From: Macrostomum lignano
Taxonomy: Eukaryota
Assembly: GCA_002269645.1 (NCBI GenBank)
Contig: NIVC01003032.1
Span: 1-64,000 of the forward strand
DNA length: 64,000 bases
Direction: 5' to 3'
Shown here: positions 1 through 11,630 of the stretch, piece by piece
Layout: each line of letters opens with the position of its first letter
Numbering within the stretch: position 1 is the stretch's first letter
Position numbers and translations under genes: made by a program
Notes under the pieces: model-generated
Databases searched by the model: none
The model's input: the letters and a program-made list of their open reading frames with translations, nothing else
Told to the model about the DNA's origin: nothing

Positions 1-2714
1 TTGCCCGACTCTGCTATCCGTTGCCTTTGGGATTGTAAGCCGTTGTTTTTGTCTTCGTGACTCCCAGGCCTCGCAGAGTGTCTTGAAAAAGCTGAGACTC
101 GAAATTCGGTCCTTGATCGGAGTGGATGACTCGGGGAAGTCCAGTCTGGGAGCAGATGGAGAGGAAGCGCGCGAGCAGTAGTCTCAGCAGTCTGGTCAGG
201 AATCGCCACGGCCGTCAGGTACTTGGAAAACTGATCCTGAGCCACCAGCAGGTATTTGTTGCGCGCGCGATGATGGCGCCACCTTGACGATGTCGATAGC
301 CACAGAATCCCACGGCGAGCCGATTGGCAGTTCTCCGAGTGCGCGCTGGTCCGCGAGCCCGCTTTCTTCTCCTGACAGACAGAACAACTCTGGCAGTGTT
401 GCACGATGTCTTCAGCCATGCGGGCCAGTAGGCGCGTCAGTTTCAGTGTGCGGTAGCATTTCTCGCTCTGAAATGACCTCCCAGACCTTCGTGAGCGTTG
501 GTCAAAAACTGTTGTCAAAGCCGCGCTGCACCACTGGAACCTCCCGCAGGCCGTCTGGGTCATTGAACTTGCGCAGTAGAACACCGTCATCATCCAGCTT
601 CAGCTTCTTCCAGATTCTGCCGAGTTGCTGCAGTGGTCCTGCTCGCCATCTGGGTACAATTTCTGCATCCTTGTCCATTGCCTAAATCACCTGCTGAGCT
701 CCGGGTCATGTCGCTGCGCAGTTTTGAGCTCTTCAGTGTCGATTTCCGGAGTCAGCTGCGTAGCTGCGACTTCTTGGCCGTGCAGTCTGGACAGCGCGTC
801 AGCATCTGTGTCTCAACGCCTCTTTGGTACTTGACGGTGAAGTCGAACTCTTGAAGCAGCAGACGCCATCGTCCTAGCCTGCCGTAGCTGTCAACTCTCT
901 GTGAATCGATGTAAGTGAGCGGGCAGTGATCCGTGTGCACCGTGAAATGCTTGCCGAGAAGATAGTGGCGAAAAACTTTGAAATGCGTGCAGGATGGCCA
1001 GGCACTCCTTTTCTGTTGCAGAGTATTTCTTCTCAGCTGAATTGAATGCGCGGCTTGAGAACTCGATCACCGCCTCGCCTTGCTTCAGAATTGCACCAAC
1101 TCCGCTGCCACTGGCATCCGTGAAGACTGAGAACTCCTTAGTGAAATCCGGGTTCACCAGGATCGGAGGACTAATTAGGCACCTTTTGAGCTCGTCGAAG
1201 GCCGTCTGGCATTTCGAAGTCCAGTCAAATGGGACGCCCTTGCCAGTCAGATGGTGCAGCGGTGCGGCGATGGCAGCAAAGTTGGCTACATGGTGTCGGT
1301 ATTGGTTGCACAGGCCGATGAACTGACGCACCTCCTTGGCTGACCTCGCTCTCTCCACTGCTGAATTGCCTCCAGCTTCTCCTGGCTGGGCTGGGCACCA
1401 TCCTTTGAATACCGTGTGCCGAGAAAGGTCACTTCGGGTACCGCGATCTTGCACTTGGAGCCTCTTAATGTCAGTCCGGCTGCTCGAAGTCGCTCGAAGG
1501 TCTCTCGAAGTTGCCGCAGATGATCCGACTTGGTCTTTGAGAAGCACAGGCTGTCATTGAAGAACGTGAAGACGAAATCGCAGCCGTTGAAAACTTTTGA
1601 CATTAGCATGCAGAATATGCTTGGGCATTGTGAATGTGCCCGACAGACCTTGGGGCATTCTCTTAAATTGGTACAGCGGCATCCCTGGTCCCAGACAGAA
1701 AGCAGTTTTTAGCTTGTCTTCTTCTGCCATCAGAATTTGAAAATAGCCTCCATTGAGATCCAACACAGAGAACACTGAACTGCCTGCGATTCGATCTCTT
1801 GCCTCCTCCATCAACGGAATTCCCTGTGCAGAGCGAATAGTCTTCTTGTTGATCTCTCGATAGTCTATGGTCAGGCGGAGACTGCCATCCTTCTTTGTCA
1901 CGTACACCGGTGGGGCCACGTACGGACTTTTGCTCAGCTCTATCACGTCGTTCTCCAGCAGTTCCTGAATCAGCTGCTCTACCTTCTCCCGGTAATGCAC
2001 AGGCATTCGGCGCGGTGGCACTCGGACAGGTACTTCATCCGAGAAAACAATTCGGTGCTGTTGCAGATGAGTTAGTCCCGGCTTTTTCTTGAACAAGTCT
2101 TTGAACTCCACCAGCAGCCGTTGTACATCAGGGTCGTCGGTAGTCGGCAACTCGAACTCTTCACAGCTGAACTCGGGGACGAGTGCGTCTTCGATGTCAA
2201 CTGGATCGTCGGTGTCAGTCTAGAATCTGGTGCTGCAGACTTGGCCGGCTTCTTGTGAAGATCCTGTGAAGTCCAGTTGCAAATTATGCTTGCCGATGAA
2301 GTCGACTCCAACAATGACAGGGCAGACCAAACCTGACACAACGAAAAACAATTGCCGGGCTGTCACTCCACCGACTGTAAGTGGCAATTCGATTTGCCGT
2401 TCTATGCTAATTGGCTGCTTGTTCACTGAATGAAGTTGCACTCTGGCTGCAGTTGCCTGTCTGAGCTGGAATTTTGTCAGGATGCTGGACTCAACTAATG
2501 AGCACTGGCTTCCGGTGTCTAACAGCGCCTTCACACTTCTGCCATCAAGCTTGCACTCACACTGCGAAAGTCGGTCGGGCGCGACGCTGCATCCGTCAAA
2601 GATCCCGCCGACTGTGAGCGCCGGCCTTGAAGCCGCTGCTGCTGGGCCCGCAGTTACTGCTGGCCGGGGTTGCGGGCCCGCACACCCCAGCCTCTGGCAT
2701 TTCCCGGCTGTCGC
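1..2714 (-). pseudogene. pol: Retrotransposon pol (protease-RT-RNase H-integrase), broken by several frameshifts
   Basis: Protease LLDTGS (~2500-2530); RT SPYVAPPVYVTKKDGSLRLTIDYREINK and LDLNGGYFQI (1554-2150); the YXDD position reads FFND; RNase H TDASGSGVGAIL...YSATEKECLAI...TDH (~750-1150); integrase CQSCSVC, AIDIV and IHSDQGPNFES (1-420). The pieces lie in different frames. Confidence 0.9.
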
Positions 2715-3463
2715 CTACTGTAGCAATCTCTGGCAATGTGGCCGGCCTTGTGGCAGTTGTAGCAGATGATGTCAGACTTCGAACGGTGCTGCGGTCTCGT
2801 TGTGCTGCTCGTCCTCACTCCACAGGCTGCCAGCTGCTGCAGCTGGGAACTCAGGGTGCTCACCGATGCCTGCAGACTCTGCACAGTGTCCCGCAGCTCC
2901 TGAACTTCGCTGGATTGGCTCGGCTGAGGTTGCACCGCTGCTGCTAGGATGCTTGGCGAGCTGTGCTGCATCAGTAGCTGGGCCTTTTGAAGCGCTTGCT
3001 TTGAGGTCTTAACGCTGGAGTCCGTGCGAATCTGCCAGCTCACGGATTCGGGAAGGCCACAGACGAACTGATGGAACAGCAGAGCCTCTTGAGCATCTTT
3101 GTTGTCCACGGAGGAGCTTTTGAGCATCTTCTTTAACTCGTAAAGATACATGCGTGGAGTCTCATTCGACAAAATCTTCCTTGATTTGAACGCATCCATG
3201 ACGGCGAAGTGCTCGCGGTTCGGGTGGAATGCATCATCCAATGCCTGGACTACTTTGTCGTAGTCTGCCTGATCTCCTGCCGAAAGTTCCAAATAAACGA
3301 CGAGAGCCTCGCCATCCAAAAATGTGGCCAGTCGCTCCGCTTTGCACGTGTCCCACTTGTTGACTTTTGCGCATACATTGAAACGCTGCAGCCATTCCTT
3401 AAAGTTGCCGGTACTGAAAACTCTGGGCAGCGCTGCACTGGCGGTCAAACCTTTCTCAGCCAT
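2654..3463 (-). CDS. gag: Retrotransposon Gag with CCHC zinc knuckle
   Basis: Intact 269-aa ORF with CYNCHKAGHIARDC (CX2CX4HX4C) and a capsid-like N-terminus (EWLQRF...KW...LATFLDGEAL). Confidence 0.92.
   Translation of the reverse strand: MAEKGLTASAALPRVFSTGNFKEWLQRFNVCAKVNKWDTCKAERLATFLDGEALVVYLELSAGDQADYDKVVQALDDAFHPNREHFAVMDAFKSRKILSNETPRMYLYELKKMLKSSSVDNKDAQEALLFHQFVCGLPESVSWQIRTDSSVKTSKQALQKAQLLMQHSSPSILAAAVQPQPSQSSEVQELRDTVQSLQASVSTLSSQLQQLAACGVRTSSTTRPQHRSKSDIICYNCHKAGHIARDCYSRRQPGNARGWGVRARNPGQQ
2662..2705 (-). promoter_or_regulatory. Putative -1 programmed ribosomal frameshift signal (gag-pol)
   Basis: Slippery heptamer G GGA AAT in gag phase (2699-2705), 6-nt spacer, then a 13-bp GC-rich hairpin (2662-2692). 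The pol frame is -1 and opens right after a TAG at 2715-2717. Confidence 0.75.
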
Positions 3464-3477
3464 TCTAGAATAATTTG

Positions 3478-3488
3478 CTCTGCTACCA
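3478..3488 (-). promoter_or_regulatory. Primer-binding site (tRNA-iMet)
   Basis: Minus strand reads TGGTAGCAGAG, complementary to the 3' end of metazoan initiator tRNA-Met (...CTCTGCTACCA). It abuts the LTR, 14 nt before the gag ATG. Confidence 0.85.
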
Positions 3489-3750
3489 GTTATAGACTAA
3501 GGCAGAGAGATGCGACTGAGAGTTGACGAAGCCTCTTGGCATTTATTAGATCGATACGCAGGTTAAATACGATACAACGATTGTTACAAAACTGGGTATA
3601 AAAGATAGAGACAGGGGTGGGTGAAAAGCACGTACATGCTGTACAATAGCAACCCCCACCCCGCTCTAGCGACTGGCGCATACAAGTACACTTGCAACTC
3701 ACTACATCTGTCCTTATAAATAGTTCCACAATGTCACCAAAGTTGTAACA
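3489..3750 (-). repeat. 5' LTR (~262 bp)
   Basis: On the minus strand it starts TGTTACAA (3750) and ends ...TATAAC directly before the PBS. It contains a TATA-like TATTTATAAG (~3712-3722) and AATAAA (3542-3547). The second LTR is not in the window, so the boundaries cannot be confirmed by comparison. Confidence 0.7.
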
Positions 3751-4997
3751 AGGGATTAATTCTTCTTACTGATCTTACTGGTTATTACTGGTAGCACATG
3801 TACTTCTATTGATAGTGTATGTACTTCTATTGTACTTTCTGGCCTGAGCAGTCTTTTAGGCACTGTCTATCCTATTCCTATACCCTTCTAAAGATATTAT
3901 TCTATTATTCTCTCAGTCCTGGGTGTTCCTGGGATCAGAGGGTCACAGCTTACTTGCTGGGTATTCTGCCCTGAGGCGGGTTTCTCAGACTCTGAGTCTG
4001 GACTTCTCTACCCTTTGGTAGGATTCCTGCCTTCTAAAGGCGATTTCTTAGATTCTAGATCTGGATGTCTTGTTCTCTGAGAATGGACTGAACTCCCAAT
4101 CTTGGGGCAACTCCTATGTCACTATCTACTACTCAAAATAAGTAACACGAGTGATGACAAGCCCAAGGCTGATTTGAAGCTTGATCAATGTTCAAAGCAA
4201 TGGTACAAGGCCAACAAACAAGAAAAGGTTATTTATTTTGGCTCCCAGCTGACTCCTTTTTATAGTAAAATTTTTCCTATTATTTAACACAAAGTATTAA
4301 TACATAGAATATTCAGAATATTCTGCATATAAGAAATATTTTTAATATTCGTGTAGTATGACAACAGTAATACATTTTTGAAATGCAACTTTTTCTAAGA
4401 AATTGTTATAAAAACTGGAGGCCTATTATATAATTAATAGTATTAATTGGCCTAAACTAAAATTGCTTTACCTAATTGCAAAGCTTTTTATCTTTTTTAA
4501 AAATGCCTATTAAGTATATTGCCCTAATATTGAATTAGCTCTATAAAGAATGTTAGCTCCAACTTTCAAATATATTTTACAATATAATATTGTAATCACA
4601 CAAGATATGTTTTAGTACTATAAACATAAATACTTATATATCTACACAGATCATTAAGGGGTGCAGCAGGCATTAAGAGTGTACATTATTAATTAGAAAG
4701 TCAAGGCTGTTGTGCACCATGCGTGAGTGTGTGTACACTTGTATGCTCAGATTGTTGTGGGGGTCAATGTTGCTAGTGACTGGTATCATTTTGTGGCATT
4801 TATCTACCCAAGTCAAACCTAGTCATAGCATTTTAAATTTAACCAAACATTTAGTCTAGCTTTTAAAAAAAGAGATTTTCTAAGAAATGCAAGCATATAG
4901 TTTCAACAGCTTAATTATCGATTGCACACATGGACTCCCATAGTCTTATTATCGATTGCAAGTTGCAACCATGGACTCCTAATTATCAATTCATGCC

Positions 4998-5459
4998 ATG
5001 GACTCCCATCCTGGCGGTTTCAAACAGGAGATGCCGCCCAAAGGCGGATTTAAACCAATTGATTTCGTTCGCAAGCAGATTAAGCGTCCTTGGCGTGGTC
5101 ACCTGCTAATTGCCGGCACCTACCTGTGGACCTACGCCGGCATCACCCTGTGGATCACTCCCCAGCGGCAGAGATATTATTACCAGAAGCAGGAGGCTCA
5201 GGAGGTCCGCATCGCAGCTTGGCCATTTGTCCTGGCCGAGCGGAACCGGTTGTACCTGAAGCACCTCATCAAACTGCGCGACGCTGAGTCTGAGCTCATG
5301 AAGGACGTGCCCGATTGGAAAGTTGGCCACTGGTTCTCCACGCCGATATTTCACAACCCCCGCGGCCTGTGGATTGACCCGCTTCTATACGGCTTCTACG
5401 CTCTCAATTCTAAGAAAGACTACAAGTACAGGCGCTTCTTCCACCATTATTTCGTCTGA
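4998..5459 (+). CDS. NDUFA13: NADH dehydrogenase 1 alpha subcomplex subunit 13 (GRIM-19), single coding exon
   Basis: Contains KQEMPPKGGF, a single TM segment, RIAAWPFVLAERNR and LMKDVPDWKVG, matching the recalled NDUFA13 family motifs; 153 aa. Confidence 0.92.
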   Translation: MDSHPGGFKQEMPPKGGFKPIDFVRKQIKRPWRGHLLIAGTYLWTYAGITLWITPQRQRYYYQKQEAQEVRIAAWPFVLAERNRLYLKHLIKLRDAESELMKDVPDWKVGHWFSTPIFHNPRGLWIDPLLYGFYALNSKKDYKYRRFFHHYFV

Positions 5460-5810
5460 GCTGGCTGGCTTTTGAAAGCGAACTTGGCCGATTGTTGACC
5501 CTCACCTTAGAACTGCACATCTGTAGTAGCACTACTATTAGTAGTTAACTATTCAATTCAGATAGTTACAGGTACTGCTAATGATATATTTATTATTAAC
5601 TAATCTGAAAGCCAGCCTTTGTAGCCGCACACACAGTCTAAATGTAGACTAATTTGGCTATCCAACTTCTTTCTCTCTACTGTTAGTAGTAGGAAAACAA
5701 AGAGCCCTGGTTTTTGCTAACTAAATATTCGACCGAGATAGAATGTGAAATATACGATTTAAGCTTAAAACTGTATTTGGCCAGAAATCCTTTGTTTGTT
5801 TATTCCATCA

Positions 5811-6178
5811 GGCCGTCACCCCAGCTTGTTTAGTTTTACTGCCCCAAGCTTTTGATTGGCCGTCACCCCAGCTTGTTTAGTTTTACTGCCCCAAGCTTTT
5901 GATTGGCCGTCACCCCAGCTTGCTTAATTTTACTGCCCCAAGCATTTAATTGGGCCGTCACCCCAGCTTGCTTAGTTTTACTGCCCCAAGCTTTTGATTG
6001 GCCGTCACCCTAGCTTGCTTAGTTTTACTGCCCCAAGCTTTTGATTGGCCGTCACCCCAGCTTGTTTAGTTTTACTGCCCCAAGCTTTTGATTGGCCGTC
6101 ACCCCAGCTTGTTTAGTTTTACTGCCCCAAGCTTTTGATTGGCCGTCACCCTAGCTTGCTTAGGTTGACTGCCCCAAG
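5811..6178. repeat. 47-bp minisatellite (~8 copies)
   Basis: Unit GGCCGTCACCCCAGCTTGTTTAGTTTTACTGCCCCAAGCTTTTGATT, starting at 5811, 5858 and onward. Confidence 0.95.
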
Positions 6179-6254
6179 CGATGGCTCACCACACAAATCT
6201 GCTGCAAAAAACATATTAAAGCTGCCGCCCAATCTTGCAGCAGAGCCAGTCTCA

Positions 6255-7724
6255 ATGTCCAGCAGCGCCGCCATTGACGAAGGCTACCAGGGCCCGCTAG
6301 CCAGCAAAATACGCGCCAAATTAAGCGCCGAGTTGGCGCCAAGCCACCTGCTGGTAATCAACGAGTCCGCTGGGCACGGAGCCGGGCCCACCGGGGAGTC
6401 GCATTTTAAGGTGCGGTCAAGTTTTATTTATATTTTTTTGTTAAAAGCAGGGGTTGTACGCACCCTGGCGCACTTTAAGCGACATTGTCACACAACCGGC
6501 GAGAGGCATTACTACCCATTACGCCGATTCCCCTGAGCAGGCACACAAGCGTGCGGATACATCACACAGGAGTGTACAGCGGCCCCAACTTTATTTTATC
6601 GTTAGGCATGTACACTTCACTGTGCCTTGGGGATTGGTCCTCAAGCTGACCGCTAATTGCACGAGCAGAGCCAAGCCAAGATTCCTATTTAGCTCCAATC
6701 AATGCTCTTGGAATCGAGCCTATGCCGCTTGCACATCAGAGCGCCGCGCTAGACGGCCCTCCCCCTGTACTATATCTAGAGATGCAGGACAAATTGACAC
6801 TCCTACAGTTAACCTGTTCGAACCACCTTAAAATTCTACGCAATCATTAACTGAAATATTGCCATTGTAAATCCTCTAAAAAGCAAATCTTCCTTCATAT
6901 CCCCGCAACACTGTGTGTGTGCCTTCTGAGTCTTCAAATCTTATTGTTAATCGCCTTTCAACACTAAAAAACTGGCCTTTAAATCCTTATTGTAAATCGG
7001 CATTCAGATCCCCATGAAAATTAGCGTAATGATCGGCCTTAAAAAATCCCTGTTGTTTAATGGCCTTGTATCCCCCGATGAGATTCGGCCTTCAAATCCA
7101 TATTTTTTTATAAATCGGCCTTTATAAATCCCTATTTCTGAACCGGCCTTCAAATCTCTATTTCTGGATCGGCCTTCAAATCCCTATTTCTGGATCGGCC
7201 TTCAAATCCCTATTTCTGGATCGGCCTTCAAATCCCTATTTCTGGATCGGCCTTCAAATCCCTATTTCTGAATCGACCTTTAAATTCTTATTTCTGGATC
7301 GGCCTTCAAATCCCTATTTCTGAATCGGCCTTCAAATCCCATTTTTTTAAATCGGCCTTCAAATTCCCATTTTCTGAATCGGCCTTCAAATCCCCATTTC
7401 TGAATCGGCCTTCAAATCCCCATTTCTGAATCGGTCTTCAAATCCCTATTTCTGAATCGTGCTTCACAAGAAGCAATCGCACATACATACACCTGTCAAT
7501 CCCCTCCGCAGGTAGTGGTGGTGTCGGACCGGTTCGCTTCCGTGGCCCGCCTCCAACGGCACCGGATGGTGAACGACAGCCTTGCCGAAGAGTTGAATAC
7601 GCAAAGCGCAGATCACAAACAGAAAATTCACGCCCTCAGCATTGTGGCGAAGACTCCGGAGGAGTGGGCAGCCAGCGACGCCGTGCCCGCCACACCGCCG
7701 TGCGGGGGCGGTGGCGGACGCTGA
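6255..7724 (+). CDS. BOLA1: BolA-like protein 1; exons 6255-6410 and 7512-7724
   Basis: Contains GPLASKIRAKL, INESAGH, ESHFK|VVVVSDRF, RHRMVN, IHALSI and TPPCGGG. A phase-0 GT-AG intron (6411-7511) joins the two exons. The start codon is uncertain (a longer N-terminus is possible). Confidence 0.9.
7085..7459. repeat. 26-bp intronic minisatellite
   Basis: Unit TCGGCCTTCAAATCCCTATTTCTGGA (e.g. 7169, 7195) inside the BOLA1 intron. Confidence 0.93.
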
Positions 7725-7959
7725 CAAGAATTTTTCTTCTCCGATTTGTTAAGTAGTAATGAACGCGCTTGAATGTAGCTTTTTGATACAAGCAAATAAA
7801 TAAAGATCATGAAGTCTATGCGACTTTTTTTTATTCGACCACCAGATTGTTCAGCCACAGCAGGCGCAGTTTAGGTTGACGTGACTTGGTGATTTTTTGT
7901 TCAGGTTGAGATTTTAGCGATTTTTAGCTTAGCTTAGGGTAAGGTTTCACAGTCCAATG

Positions 7960-8321
7960 GTGAGATTTTGAGATTTCTGTTTTAGGGCGAGATTTTGTGA
8001 TTCCCAGTCTAAGGTTGAGATTTTGTGATTCCCACCCTATTTTGAGATTTTGTGATTCCCAGTCTAAGGTTGAGATTTTGTGATTCCCAGTCTAAGGTTG
8101 AGATTTTGTGATTCCCAGTCTAAGGTTGAGATTTTGAGATTCCCATTCTAAGGTTGAGATTTTGAGATTCCCATTGTTGGGTGAGATTTATAGATTCCCA
8201 TTGTAGGGTGAGATTTTGATATTCCCATTGTAGGGTGAGATTTTGAGATTCCAATTGTAGGGTGAGATTTTGAGATTTCCATTGTAGAGTGAGATTTTGA
8301 GATTCCAATTGTAGGGTGAGA
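7960..8321. repeat. 27-28-bp minisatellite
   Basis: Units TGAGATTTTG(T/A)GATTCCCA...AGG(T/G) between BOLA1 and TPRG1L. Confidence 0.9.
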
Positions 8322-8396
8322 TCTTGTTATTGTTTGAGAATGCAACTTTCCGCCGCATTGCCCATGCAGTTGAAAATATTTTTCTGCCAGTCTGAA

Positions 8397-9591
8397 ATGT
8401 CCTCCAACTCGCCGAACTCCTCGCCCTCCAAGTCCACCCTGGACGCCAATCTGTTGAACTTCCCGCCCCGCCGGGAGCGCTTCTTCGTTGCCATGGTGCC
8501 GCTGCAGGAGGCGGTGGAGGCCTGTCAACGCCTGGCGGTCAGCCCGGACACGGACGGCCAGGTGCTGTCCAGCTTCGTGCTGACGGAGACTGACCACTGG
8601 GGCAACAACTACGAGAAGCTGGTGTTCCTCACCGAGCGGTCGGTTGTGCTCAGCAAGTTCGACTTTGTCACCCGGCGGCATCGGCACTCGCGCCGGCTGT
8701 TGTTCAGCGACCTCACCAAGGTGGCGCTGGGCGACCTGACCCTGCCGGCGCGCTCCTTGGCGCCGATGCGCTGCCACGGCGCCCTTCGACTGTTCTGGGG
8801 CGAGCCGAGCCGTGTGGGGGTGGGGCAGACCTGGAACCCCTTCAGCTCGGTGGCCATTCCCTACACCACCCTGGCTCATCACCCGCTGCACTACTGCGAG
8901 CCCGAGGCCAAGAACCCGGTGTACGACTTGGACTGCTTCGCCTCGTCACTGATTGGCACTTTGGCTGATCGGGTACCTCAGGCATGAAACACCTGTCTGC
9001 TTGCTGGGGTTTTTCTCTGCTTTCTCTCCTCACGAGGGCCAAATCCCCAGGCTTAGCGTGCTCAGGGGGTCATCGAAATGAGCGTGAGTCCCACTGAGAA
9101 CGTTACCGTGACAAGAATCGCTAAAGAGTTCAAGTTGCAAACAAAACTCACTGGTGACTCTATAGCGACTCCAGCACGCCTCAGACACGACCCTACGAGT
9201 CATTATAGAAGCGCCATAAAACACCTGAAATTGACTCTTCGGCTACTCTTTGACGACGTTTTTTAGCGACTTGTACCGTGACATCTTGTTTTAGAATCGT
9301 CCAGCAAGTGACTGTGGGGTGCTTCTTGCTTTACTGTTCTATAACAAACAGTTCACGGGGGTTTGATAAATTTGGTCCAAAAAGTAATAAATGAAAGCAA
9401 AGTGTTTTAATAAGTCTGGAAACATTGCCGTCTAAAATATGTATTACACAATTTGCTTTGCTCGGTCGCGCCCACAGGTGCAAGTGGTGTCGGAGCCGCT
9501 GCCACTGAACCTATATCACGGCATCTCGTCAACCGTGTTCAACCAGAGCTGGCTGGGCTACTCAAAGGATCGAAATGGAGCCAGTTTTTAA
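8397..9591 (+). CDS. TPRG1L: Tumor protein p63-regulated gene 1-like (hSac2 domain); exons 8397-8972 and 9478-9591
   Basis: Contains LTETDHWGNNYEKLVFLTERSVVLSKFDF, WNPFSS and IPYTTLAHHP. A second exon after the cccacag acceptor encodes VQVVSEPLPLNLYHGISSTVFNQSWLGYSKDRNGASF*, resembling the TPRG1L C-terminus (LGYS..RG..GF). Phase-0 junction. Confidence 0.85.
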
Positions 9592-9774
9592 TATCGAGGA
9601 CGCAGGTGATTTGGGACTAACGGCGCAAGTTTCTACTCAACTCAGTGTTGTGACTTTGGAAACTGTCAGGTCTATCTAGTCAAAGCAGTTTTTTCAGTTT
9701 AGCCTCTAGTCTTGTTTGAGAGCAACTTTTCAGATTGTACTTTTTTGCTACGGTGTTAGTCGGTTAAATGTTTT

Positions 9775-10837
9775 TTCTGACCCCCAGTTAGCGACTGTCT
9801 GACCCCCAGTTAGCGACTGTCTGACCCCCAGTTAGCGACTGTCTGACCCCCAGTTAGCGACTGTCTGACCCACAGTTAGCGACTGTCTGAACCCCAGTTA
9901 GCGACTGTCTGACCCACAGTTAGCGACTGTCTGACCCCCAGTTAGCGACTGTCTGACCCCCAGTTAGCGACTGTCTGACCCACAGTTAGCGACTGTCTGA
10001 TCCACAGTTAGCGACTGTCTGACCCCCAGTTAGCGACTGTCTGACCCCCAGTTAGCGACTGTCTGACCCCCAGTTAGCGACTGTCTGACCCCCAGTTAGC
10101 GACTATCTGACCCACAGTTAGCGACTGTCTGATCCACAGTTAGCGACTGTCTGACCCCCAGTTAGCGACTGTCTGACCCACAGTTAGCGACTGTCTGACC
10201 CCAGTTAGCGACTGTCTGACCCCAGTTAGCGACTGTCTGACCCACAGTTAGCGACTGTCTGATCCACAGTTAGCGACTGTCTGACCCCCAGTTAGCGACT
10301 GTCTGACCCCCAGTTAGCGACTGTCTGACCCCCAGTTAGCGACTGTCTGACCCCAGTTAGCGACTGTCTGACCCACAGTTAGCGACTGTCTGATCCACAG
10401 TTAGCGACTGTCTGACCCACAGTTAGCGACTGTCTGACCCCAGTTAGCGACTGTCTGACCCCCAGTTAGCGACTGTCTGGCCCACAGTAAGCGACTGTCT
10501 GACCCCCAGTTAGCGACTGTCTGACCCACAGTAAGCGACTGTCTGACCCCCAGTTAGCGACTGTCTGACCCACAGTAAGCGACTGTCTGACCCACAGTAA
10601 GCGACTGTCTGACCCCCAGTTAGCGACTGTCTGGCCCACAGTAAGCGACTGTCTGACCCCCAGTTAGCGACTGTCTGACCCACAGTAAGCGACTGTCTGA
10701 CCCCCAGTTAGCGACTGTCTGACCCACAGTTAGCGACTGTCTGACCCCCAGTTAGCGACTGTCTGACCCCCAGTTAGCGACTGTCTGACCCCCAGTTAGC
10801 GACTGTCTGACCCCCAGTTAGCGACTGTCTGACCCAT
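9775..10837. repeat. 22-bp minisatellite (~48 copies)
   Basis: Unit CTGACCC(C/A)CAGTTAGCGACTGT. Confidence 0.95.
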
Positions 10838-11630
10838 AGCTACTGAGCAATTAATTAACTTTGACCGATTTCAATTGTTTTTTTAGTCTCGTTGTGCAAT
10901 TGAAGCCCGCCCTGTTCCATGTTTTGGGTGTTTTAAGTTCAGGATAATGTTCTACTTTACCCAAAGAGAGCCGTATATTACCGGAGCTGTATATTTAGGG
11001 AAGTCCACCATTTTTTGCTTGCTGTTGGCTGTGAATATCGCCGCGGTATTTTATTAGAAAGTATCCCTAGAACTGTTTTGAATTTTAATATTCGGTCGTT
11101 TTATCAACTGGAATATCGCACCATCTATCATAGATTACTCATCGATCAATATTCTAATATTTTATATTAATTTGCTGTCTTTGCTGTGCTTCTTTATTGT
11201 CTCGTGCGTTTAACCCCGTAGCAGCTTTTTGCCACTGTTTTTGTGCGATGCCTTTGCAACACCATTTCCTGTTTTCAGTCATAAAAATAAAATTCAACGC
11301 TACTCATGCTACTGCTTAGCAGTAGTCTAAAACGAACCTTATTTGTTTTAATTAACAATAAATTTGTGATTTACGCATAAAACGCCTCGTTATCGGGATG
11401 TCTGTAGATTGTTATCAAGCACTATATCACACTTGAAGAATTAGGTTTTGTTTTTGTACTGTATTTATCCTCTTCTTTCACATTAAAGTACACAGGGCCA
11501 AGTCTGATTGGAAGTCGGTGAGAGTTGGAAAATAGAAACTGATGATGAGTGGAAAAAATGGGAACACGTGCGAACGACCATCGACATTCTACCCGTAACT
11601 GCTGCAAAATGGCGAATTGCTCAATCGCTC

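Larger units (their letters stand above)
1..3750 (-). mobile_element. Ty3/Gypsy LTR retrotransposon (5' LTR, gag, pol; 3' end lies beyond the window start)
   Basis: Minus-strand domain order is gag (CCHC), protease, RT, RNase H, integrase, which is the Gypsy order. An LTR and PBS lie upstream of gag. Confidence 0.95.

Noticed and set aside
284-2947. Plus-strand ORFs overlapping the retrotransposon
   Set aside because: Antisense shadows of GC-rich gag/pol coding sequence with no recognisable motifs.
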